From Stramenopiles sp. TOSAG23-6 (taxonomy: Eukaryota): DNA of 35,009 nucleotides. The notes under the pieces were generated by a model, which worked only from the letters and a program-made list of their open reading frames with translations, had not been told where the DNA came from and did not search any database. Position 1 is the first letter of the stretch. Each line of letters starts with the position of its first letter. The DNA lies in NCBI GenBank assembly GCA_900128565.1, contig LT635947.1:1-35009 (forward strand). The letters run 5' to 3'. Below are positions 11,701 through 23,700 of this stretch, in pieces. A program made the position numbers and the translations under genes.

Positions 11701-14700
11701 GGGCAGTACGGCGCTTTTGGCTCTGCCGTCCAGGTTCCGACACCCGCTGGATTTTTTGGATCTTCGCAAAGCATTGGTGTACCCCTTACATTAGTAACAT
11801 CTGTTCCATTAGCTAATTTACATCTACCAAGTCTAGTATTGGGATCGCTATCCATTTCATATTCCCAAACTCCACCAAACGCAACGCATGTTGACCAATT
11901 AGAAGCAATTGCACCTCGACACGCGCCATGAATATAAGGAAAATCGCAACTAAGCTTGACGTTTCCTTCTTTGCAGTAAAACCCTCCAGGGCAAATGGAC
12001 GGTGTAATTGTGCCTTCGCCACAGTAATGTTCTTTCCATGTACACGATTGATTTTTTTTACACTCTACATCAGATGTAATACTCGTACACGCCGAATTTC
12101 CTTCACAATGAACAAGATTCATATCAATATCATCACTGTTGTACTTACACGTTGCCTTATGCTTGTTTCTGGCACAATAAAATCCAATAGGACAAGGAAG
12201 TTTTACTTTTGCATCTTTACAATAAAATCCTTCTTCACATGATGTAGGATAAGACGAATTAGATGGACAATACCAACTTTCTGATGGGGAATCAATTAAA
12301 TTGTCTTCAATGTCTGGATTCCACACACAAGATTTCTTTAAAGATGCTAGTTCACAATAGTAACCTGCTTCACAATTGAGTGCTCTTCTTGAACCCGCAG
12401 GACAGTATAGTCCAATACCCGAATCGCATTGCCGTCTCTCATGAGATGACCGACAGAAATAACCCGCAGGACAGAGTGACATACTTTTTGATCCTTTTTT
12501 GCAATAGTATGCATCCATTTCAACACCAGTATTAGCAGCAGGATACCAAACACCAGAGGGTCCATCGCGAATGCGGCTATATGATATAACCCCTACTCTT
12601 TCTTTTAATGGACAACTAGACTCTGACATTTGTGTCCGCAAATTACATGGGTGTTCACCTTCAGCAGAGAACTTCAACTGGCGATCAAACCCAACACATT
12701 TTATATCTTTATCGCATTCTGACTGACAAAATTGCACTGTGCCATTGATGGTTTCAGACTTACATGTTGACATATTTAGAATGGTGTGTCCAAAATTATC
12801 CATACTCCTGTACGTATTATTTACCCATGTACCGCGGGCACCAACACATCCTTCTTTGCCGCTACCTTTTGAATGCCAGTAATTATTTTCACCAACACAC
12901 AATTTTTTATTTAATGAATTAGTGGAAGAAACATGGTCTGAAAATGTTACGCATGTATTAAGATCCGTAATATCTTCATCACCAATCATACATTTTCCTA
13001 CACCCCAAACACACTGCATTTCAGTCGTGCGTGACGATATTATTTCTAATTTCGATGCACTCAAACAAAATTCCGGATCACATGAAATTTTCTCAGCCCC
13101 ATCTTTACAATAATATCCCGCCGGACATTCATCAGGTGTAGAATTCCCTCCAGGACAAAAGGAAGCATCGTCTTTGCATGCATTTTGATTTCCGTTGCCC
13201 TCTCCGCTGGAGCTGCTGTAATGGCATAAATTTTGTTTTTGTATGTTAATTTCAGATTCATCGATAATGTCAGAGTCCCATTCACAACTTCTCTTAGAAA
13301 CTGAGTCTAAGCAGTAGTAACCTCTTGGACATGGCTCATTCAAAATGGACCCTTCAGGACAGTATTCGCCCGGTTGGCATTGCTCTTTGATTGTAGAATG
13401 TGAACAATACATTCCTGCTGGACAAGGCAACGGTAATTTCGTACCACTTGGGCAGAAAAATGCAATTTCTGACCCGTCTGATTTCCTTTTGATACTCCAC
13501 ACAAACCTTTGTATGTCATCTCCTTCGTTTTCTTCTTCGTTTTCTTCTTCGTTTTCTGCGTCATTTGCTGATTCACATGCAGTCTTTGACGGGTACGTAT
13601 CTGTAACATCAACTAGCGTACCACTAGATACTTCACGTGTGCATTTTCCTATTGGTGAATTTGGGTGTATCATTTCTTCCCATATCGCGTTCACTGCATT
13701 ACTGCTAGATTCGCTAAACGCAATGGCCTTACATCCCTCTTCATCACTAGCTTTTTCATGCCATTTACCCTTTCTAGCTTCACATGTTGCCTTATCATTG
13801 CTGTCGGTCAAAATACTTAAACGTTTAACTGCACTGGTTGTACCATCTGCATCCTCAACTTGTTCTGTTATCTCAATGATGCATGCATTAAGCATGGAAA
13901 TATTTATTTCGCCAATCATGCATGCGTGATGATACGGATAATCACATGGATATTTAATATTGTCGTTGCAATAAAACCCGGGAGGACAAAGTTTAGGCTC
14001 ACTTAGGCCAGGGTGATTTTTTTCGATTACAGATTGGTCCACACGACAGTAAAATGCTGGAAGAATTTTTGATTGACTAGAATCATCATTATTTTTCCAC
14101 TCTAGATTCGGATCTTTATCGTCAGGGTCATATGTGCAACTCTTTGGGGCAATATTTTCTTCGCAATAATATCCAGAAGGACATGTCTTTTTAATCTTTG
14201 CTAATATGCACTGAAATCCTGCAGGGCATTTTATTGGACTTTCAGTTCCTTCTGGGCAATACCATTTGAGTTCCTGGGGCGCGATTTCGAGATCTGGGTT
14301 TTCGAGATTTTTATCTGGATTAGCATCGTCCCAAATGCAGGAATTTGAAGAACCAGATGTTAAACAATAACTACCCTCACTACACAAACTTTCTTCCCTC
14401 GAACCACTTGGGCAATATTTAGCTCTATTCGCAACACTTATGCAAGGTTTTTTTTCAGATGGAGTTGGACAGTAATGTTCTGCTGGGCAATATTCGCTTT
14501 TTTGAGAATTAGCAGGGCAATATAAAGCCTTTTCTGTATCATTACTACATGCAATCTGTAATTTTCCTTCTTGGCAATAGTGTCCAATTTCACATTGTTG
14601 AGGAGCACTGCTTCCCTCCTTACAGAACCAGGCATTCAGACCTACACGATCCTCATCTGGTCCCTTCAGCAATATATCGTCATCTGACTCATTATAAATA

Positions 14701-17700
14701 CACTCCTTTGGGGGTAACCCACGAGCACAATAAAAACCAAGCGGACAGTCCCTTTCAAACATTGCACCAATGCATGTAGAGCCCGCTGGACATGGTTTTG
14801 GTATGGTACTACCTTCCTCACAAAGCCAACTATAAGAAACGCTTTTCAAATTCTGTTCACACGTCATTTTGTTTACAGCTGAACTAGAACAATAAGTATT
14901 GTCCCATACACACGAATTCATCTCACTCGGAGAACGACAATACATTCCCGCTGGACAAGATGTTTGTATTTTTGAGCCTTTTGGGCAATATGCCCCAATA
15001 TCTGAACACAACATTCTTTCTGTAGAGGAGTTACACGCGTACCCAGCAGGACATATACCCCACGTTGATGAACCAGTGGGACAATATGGTGCCGTACTAT
15101 CATTTATGTGTTCTTGAATTCCATTTGGATCGTAATACCATCTAGTCCCATATTTAAATTCAAGACCACGATCTGTTATTGTTTTATCACAGCTTTCTTT
15201 AGTCTTAAAAAGAGAAAAAAACTTTCCATTGACAAAACACCCTTCAAACGGCCCATCACATCTATATTTGAACTTTCCTCTTTTACAATAATACCCAGTC
15301 GGGCACTCCGCTGGAGTTTTATTGCGCCCTGCGCAATACCACCCAGTTTGATCGTCAAAAAGTCGATTTTTTTGCTGGCTAGCTTTTATTCCACCCATTG
15401 AAGCAATTTGTTTATTCCACACACATTGATCTTTCATCGACGCTTCCCAGCAGTAATATCCGGGTGGGCAGTCCCCCGGTGCTCTAGAACCTTCTTCGCA
15501 GTAATCACCATCGGTGTCACAAGAAAGTTTTGAGGCACTATGAGGACAATAAAATCCTTTTTCGCAAACCCTTGGCGATGAAGATTTTTTTCCACAATAA
15601 AAAGCGGTTGTAGTATCGGTTTCGTCAAATGGTGAATTTTCATCAGGGTTTTCCACCACATCAAATGGACAATTGATGGGATCGTCAGGATTTCTTCCAA
15701 GATTTGCATAATACTGTCCTTCAGGGCATTTACTTTCTGAAATACCATGTAAAATAGTTCCCTTATCTCGACTGACACAAACACTGAGGACAGATATATT
15801 CACTGGTGGAATCCATTCTACTGTGGCATTTGGATGATTTTTTGCTAACATGGAACAACTAGTCTCGGTCATTCCTCCTCGAATTGCAATCTTACATGTG
15901 CCGTTTGCTACTGTTGTAAAAAGCATGTCGCCCTGATCTATGCATATTTCTTCATCCTCTGATAAAGGAACTTGTATCCGTCCCATAAGTAGACAAGCAC
16001 CAGGAAGGATACATGCTTTGTCATACGGAGCGTCGCATGGATACATATACCTTCCTCCTCTGCAATAGAAACCTTCAGGACATACTGAGGCAACAGAGTT
16101 TCCTGGGGCGCAGTAATCACCCGGTGCTTCACACCGTTTGGGGTTAATTCTGCCATCAGGGGTATCAGGACACTTAAATCCTAACGGACACTTAAGACAA
16201 TATTCCGCATTGATTTTATCTTTGTTAAAATACCCTTGTTCGCATGATACACAAATATTGTTTTGTACAAAAGTACCACTCCCACACACTACAATTGTTT
16301 CCCCTTTACTATATTCACCGTCGAGATCATTCGTTTTATCACCAATTAAACCATTTGTTGCACGAATCTTTATTTGGAATCTACCCGCAGTTTTTATTTC
16401 CTTTTGAGAAGACTCAAATATTTCGTCACGTTTGCAACCAACAATGGAAGTAAGCGTACTAGAAACGACGCCATCGATGACTTCATAAGCCTCTAGTATT
16501 TCTTCTTCTGGTTCGCTACCAACTGCTAGTTTAAATTTTGTTATACCGCGACCACCATCATCAGGGCATTGGAAACGAATTCTTATATATGTTTTGTCGT
16601 CTCGTCGCGTAAGTGAGACCGCCTTCTCCTCCCCCTTCTGTCCGTCACCACCACCGCCCTCGCCGCCACCGCCCTCACCGTCGCCCTGACTGTCTCCGTC
16701 AGTGTCTTCGTAAACTCCGTAAAAAAGTGCAACAGCACGTGGGGGTTGTAAATTCATTGTGACTTTTAAAGCACCAGAGTAATATGCTTGTGAATCATCA
16801 CCATCGTCTATTTTGTAATCATTTATTGGCTTTACTCGTACCTCAATACCGGTTTTATCTTCCATATTTCGGATAATTTGAATCCCGCTAGTGCTATGAA
16901 TGCATTCATCGCCCTCCCATGTGCCACTGGCATTAAGGCACCCTTCTTCACCACTACCTTTTGAATGCCAGTAATAATCACTATCGTCATCATCAGTACA
17001 CTTGTCTTCCTCTTTATTACTAATCTCAGGAGGTCGCAATTCTACGCATGTGTCGCCAATTTCCTCTGTACCAATCGTACATGTTGCTTCTGAATTGATT
17101 ACAACTGATCCCCATATGGCCCCGGCTTTAAGACACGCTTCTTCACCACCACCTTGTTGATAGAAGTAGAAATCAGGAGCACCACATGATTCTTCATCTT
17201 TTTTATCAGCATGAATCACGGGGTTTGGTAATAGTACGCATTGATTAAGATCAGTAATTTCTGTCTCGCCAATCATACATTTTCCTAGTGCGTTGTTACA
17301 TGCTTCCTTCCAACCATTGTCACCATTAAAATCCGTTGCGCCTTCAAAAGTATACGAAAAATGATATGTTAATACCCGATTGAGAGACAAGTCAAGACCA
17401 CTAACTTCAGGGGCTTTCACAACAAGGGTGTCACCAATTGCAACAATTTGCTCGGGCATAGCATTTCGTTTAGTAAAGTGTGATTTCCTTAAATATTCGC
17501 ATTTGTTTTCAAAAAATACAATAGTCCAATCATTTTGGTTTTCTGGGATTTCATTTAGCCCAATACAATTGTAGCAGTCTGATAACCCTGTTGGAGTTTC
17601 TTTTGTTTTGCATTCACGTGTTGTCCATGTATCTGCTTCCGACCTGGGTTTTGCAACTTCATGAAAAATTTCAATTTTTTTATCTCCATCTTCAAAGTAA

Positions 17701-20700
17701 TCATTTGAAAAACAAACATTATAGGTATTGTAATGAAATGTTTCTGCAGGAGTCACAACAAGTTTCGTAATTTTAGTAAAATCTTCAGAATACTCATTAT
17801 TTCTTGTCAAGTATTTTAATTTTTTTGTAGATTCTCCTAGACCAAGACTATCGTCATCATTTTTATTTTCATATGTAAGATCAGAGCAATTCTTTAATGT
17901 AAACACAATGGTTGGTAGGTTATACCAGTCTTCACTTAAGTTTTCGGGATCCTGATCGTTAACGGGCAAAAGATGCTCAACTTCAAACAATATTTCATAT
18001 TCACCTGGATTGCCGTCAGTAGGAATCATATTCCAGCTTTTTCGTGGCAATGGTACGGGTATACAAAATTGCTTCCCTAAGCCACCAATATACTGTCCTA
18101 CAGAGCAGACTTTACAATGTTTTTGAACATTATCAGAAGGATATACATTAGTACCTCGAGCAACAGTCGCAAACTCATCAGAGTATCGACCAGTGTCACA
18201 CGGCAAACATGCATTTTCATCTCTTCCAATATAAGGTAAATACCTCCCCTTGTCACACGCAATACAAGATTTTGAAGCTAATCCACTCTGCCACTTGCCT
18301 TTTGGACACTGAATGCAATTTTCCTCAAGACGTCTATTTTCATCTTCCTCCATATATCTTCCTCCTGGGCATGGTGTACAAACTGTTTGACCATGTGTGC
18401 TATATTTACCAAATCCACATTTTTGGCAGTCGTTATATTCATTGCAGTTTTCTTTCGAGAATCCTGTAATAGTATCATCAAGGTAAAATCCGGGATCACA
18501 TTGAACGCATTTGTCTTGACTGTCTACACCTTCGGCACTACTCCATCGTCCACCAGGACAAGTAATACACGCAGTAATTTCCCCTGGATTTTCACTATTT
18601 GGCTGTGAAGAATGATCGCTAGCATTACCATTACTTTGTAAATACGTTCCTGCGGGACATGACTTACAAATTGTTGGCGAGTTTGCGCCACCGAATTTTA
18701 TTTCTAGTCCTAATTGTTTTACATTTTCTGATCTGTTATCAGTATCATCCCATTTGTAATCCGAAAGCATATATGTACCACCCGGACACACAATACAGTC
18801 TGCCAACTCATCATGCATGACAGCAGTTGTACTATCCGTGAGGTAAGATCCTACAGGACAATTTATACAACTTATAACTTCCACGCCATCATCGTCAAAT
18901 TTCGTAGCCCTGAAACCCAGCTCCGTTGTTCCATCTGCTTCACCCCAATTTCTGGGTGAATCATTATATGTTCCGGGAGGACACGTGTAACATTCGCCAG
19001 GATTTGAAACTTTTCCATATCTTCCAGCGGGGCACACTTTGCAAACACTCAATTTTTCAAAATTTTTGCGTGTCGGATAACAATTTTCTGGACTTTCAAT
19101 TGGACAACGCTTTAACATACTGTTATCTGATGGACACGGAAAATCTTGCTGATTTGTATCTGGAACTGTAACTGTTGGTGTTTCTGTGCAATTTCCGGAA
19201 TTGATGATGGTAATATTCTCAACTTTACCATCAGGTACACTTACATTGTACGTAGCTTCAGGAATTGTATCGCAAGAATCAGCCTGGAAGTCTAAAGAGC
19301 CATTGGAATACCCCTCACCCGGCTTTTCAATGTATATAATAACCACTTGGTTATCAATGAGACTTGCTCTCAGCTGGGCTTTGTGGCCTTGTTTGCCGCA
19401 CTTTTCGTCCGTCTCTGTTAAATCATACCAATACCACTTTGAACCAAATAGACATTTTTTCTTACGATCTGTTTCTGGTTCATATGGGGATGCCACAGCA
19501 AATTTACCAAGTGAGCACAATCTACAGTCATACGTAGAATTCTCAAGTTGAATTCTTCTGTATCCCTGTGGGCATTCTAGATGCATGATATCCACAGTAG
19601 AAGGATTATCTTGGGATATTTCCAATATATCGTTATAAGTCCCTACAGGGCATAAAATACAATTTTCTACACTTGTATATCCTGGTGGGGCATTATTCTC
19701 ACCAATTCCTGGGGCATATTTACCCGCAGTACATAACTTACAGTCATTTTCTGATGTTGATCCATCGGTATCCAAATAGGTACCTGCATGGCATTTTATA
19801 CAGTCATCTTGTCTTGGTGCTCCTTCTATCCCACTATACCTGCCTTTATCACAATTTATACAATAAATTGAGCTGACGTGAACAGACACATCATTTACGC
19901 CATCAATGGTCTTGTTTTCTAAATATTTTCCTTTTCCACATGCATTACACGACGAGCTCTGTGTCTCTTCTACATACTGACCAGCTTCACAAATTTCACA
20001 CGGTATATCTGAGCTTTCCGAGTACATACCTATTTCACACCCAGTACATGATATTGCACCAGGAAGGTCATGAGTATTTGTTTCAAAACCAGCTTCGCAA
20101 GGAGTGCATTCTGTTTTCCCAGTAAGTTCCTGATACTCTCTTAGGACACAAAGGCTACATTGAGATTTTCCGACTTCATCGGCATAACTACCTGCTGCAC
20201 ATTGTTTGCATGTCTGACTTGCACCTGGAGAGTAAAAACCGACTTCACAAGCAGTACACGAAGTAGCACCACCAGGGTCTTCGGTGTCTGGATTTGTAGG
20301 ATACGTTTCTGTAATCCAACCAGGATTACACGTCTTACAGCTATCTGCGTATGCATGATTTGTATGATCGAGTGGTTCTATTAGGTCGATGTATTTACCA
20401 GGGGGGCATTTTGTACAAGTTTCTTTCGGATAATTTTCGCTATAATGCCCTAGAGGGCAAATGGCACAGGTAGATACTGTACCAGGTACCCATTTTTGGC
20501 CCGCAGAACAAGATTCGCACGCAGAATCCTTAGAAGCAGTTCCTGGGATGAATATTTGTGAAAATGTATCACACTCTTCCTTTGTTTTAAGATGTTTTGT
20601 ACACATGACGGAACCCCAATCACTAGTAAAGTGATTTGCTGGGCACTGGCGGCATTCACCAAAAGCATCGGAAGCATCCAAGAAACTAATCTCAACATAT

Positions 20701-23700
20701 CCATTTGGAAGAGTATTGCCTTCGCCAGAAAACACATACGACTTTTCCACTAAACCAAACTGCCCAATGAAACTGCTTCCTCCTTGTCCACCACGTTGTG
20801 CAGTGAAGCTATCTGGGTCTCCATTTACTTCGCCCGATATACCATAGTCACCACCGATCATACCACCGCCACCACCGCCACAATTCGTTCCTCCAGATCC
20901 ACCTCCCCCAAAACCACCACTTCGAAAAACTTTATCATCTTTCATAGCCCCTCTGCCTCCATTTATAAAGGACATTGGACAATTATCTGTTGCTGGATTA
21001 TCGGAAAATGCTGCGTTACATTCTGTTTTATTTCCCGTGCCATTTTCAATAAACCCCCCACCACCAGAGCCTCCACAGTCTCCTTCGTAACTTTGATTTA
21101 AATTTTCCACAAAGACTTCAAGATCTGTATTCGAACTGTCTACACTTCCCCCAAATAATTCCTCGCCAACTATGAGTGAGGTAATATCTGCTACATATAT
21201 TAAGCCTTCGGCTGTTTCAACAGGTTTCGATTGATCAAAAATGAGAGACTCTCCTGAAACGATTTTTAATACACCAACTGGGACATATGATTTAATTTCA
21301 TAACGAAAGACATATACCACATCACCAGCAGTAAATATTAGATCGGCTGATGTACCGGTGACCACCACTTCATTATCAGGGGATAGCGTGATATTTACAG
21401 AGTCAATCAACTCGTCACTACCATCTGTATACTTTACATGATATTTTACACTTCCCGAATTTTCAATAACATTGATTATTTTTGCATTTTGTTTCCGCAC
21501 CTGTATTGGAGAATAATAAACATATTTGACAACAACTCCTGTAGGTTTTATTGGTATTGCTATTGGTTCTCTGACACATTTACCACCCTCAATTACCTTG
21601 ATATCTTGAATAACCTGGTGGTCCACTTCTTCTGATATATCAAATGTATTGCCGTCTCTTGTACATTCGCCGCGATAGCCAATACGACATGTAGAAGTTC
21701 CAATGTTGGCGCCAAGAACACAACCACGATAGCAATCTTCTATAGTGTTTATTGTGCAATCAGTCTTATCTTGATAGAAAGATGTACAAAAGGCATCTTC
21801 ATTTGGTACTGTAGTATCCGGATTCAATAAAGCATTATTACAAAATTCTTTGCAGACAGTTTCATTTGTATAGATCTTCGGGTATTCCCTTTCAAGGTTC
21901 TCTCGGTATTCGCAAGCCTCGGAACACGAAACAAAGCCGGATATAGCACTATTACGTAAACAACAATGACCTTCACTTTCACATCGGCGAGGGCATTCGA
22001 CATGAGGATGTGTAGATGCTAAATCTGTTTGAAAGTCACATCCATACTTCACAGTAACAAATGCCTTTGGTGCTGTTTCACACATACAACCCCCGTTTGG
22101 ACACATAAATACAACCAAACCATTAATATAACCTTTTCCACCGTTTCCGTTTTTTAAGTCCACCTTGGTGACTGTTTTATACAAATATCTTTCTGCGCCA
22201 CCATTGGCAGCATTACTAATTGGTGCGCGACCATTTCCACCTTCAAACCCATTGTTAACATCACTGGGATCAGCATGACTGCCACCGGCCCCTCCAGCTA
22301 TCATGATAATATTTTCAATGGAAGGTAACATTTTTCTCTTACATGAAAAATAACAGAAACCATTCCAATCACCATGGGCATCCATGCGTTCAATATAGAT
22401 GGTAGAATTTTCTACTTTTTTAATCGTAAATTCTACATCGTTGTCAAATTCTACAGTTCCCGTTTCTGTATCAATAATCCGTTCACATTTCATATGATAT
22501 CCTTTGCTGGAGATAGTCGAAGGGCATTTTACATACTGCTCATTATCCAGAGGAATTTCATTAGACGTTGTTTCTGCGACATATTCTATACGATATTTAT
22601 GAGGAATGTGCGGACTATGACGCATAACAAACGTTCCACCAGACCCACCCGCTCCATATCCCTTACCATCATTACCACCAATACTACCACTTTGACCGAC
22701 TAGAATTTCAATCTTTTCGCCCTTTGTAAGATTAAAATTAGCACGGATAATAGCCCCTTTTCCTTTTTTCCTTGCCGCTTTATTATTTGTATTTTCACGC
22801 CAGGCGTCACTTGCACCTGCAGCTTCTATCGTATACGTTGCAGTTGCCGGGGCTGTCCATATTTGTATACCACCTTCAACATTGAAGAAGTCATTTTTTC
22901 TTATCCAATGATCATCATCATAGCTAGGGTTGTATGAATTTTTACATCTGTCGCTGTCCGGGCCTTCGCTTCCTTCTTTACCACAATTATCAAATCTCAT
23001 TGTTCCTCCAAAGTCATATAAATGATGACTTGCAATATCTTTACTGAAAAATCCCGGGGAACACAAAAGGCATTCATCAATATTCGCGTTTTCTCTTCCA
23101 TGCCCTCCATGACACCTACAATAGTATCCAGGTCCAGTGAATGTTTCTTCACATGTATATTTATGTCTACATTTGTTTTTTTCTGATTCCTGAAACTGCA
23201 CCAAATCAGGTGATACGCTGCTCTCATCTGAATTAAAAAAATACTGATATATGCTGTAATCAGGCGTGCTAGGATCTACATCATCGTACGCGATGTCCAT
23301 TGAACCATCACTATTTATCTTTGTAACGCTACCTTTGTGCCACTTGTTTCTCACAGCACAACAATCGACTAAATCATCAAAAAGGGTATTGTCTGATGGA
23401 AGCTCTATTCTTTCGGCCAGGGCTTTTTTCAGAATATCGTCACAATCAGAATTACTAATACAATTGTCAAGTTTAACTTCACAATATTTTCTAATCTCCG
23501 CTATATCATCAGCAAGATTTTTCTCTGTTGGGGCTAAAAAAAAACCCTTCTTTACCTCTACCTCTGCATCCTTTGTTATAGTTTCTTTAAACCATTTTTC
23601 AGAAGGGTTGTCATCGCCATCTTCGTCTGGGTTACAACCTCGCCATTCATCTTTGTTGCATGGATTATTAGCACATTTATTTTCTTTTACACATGGTATT

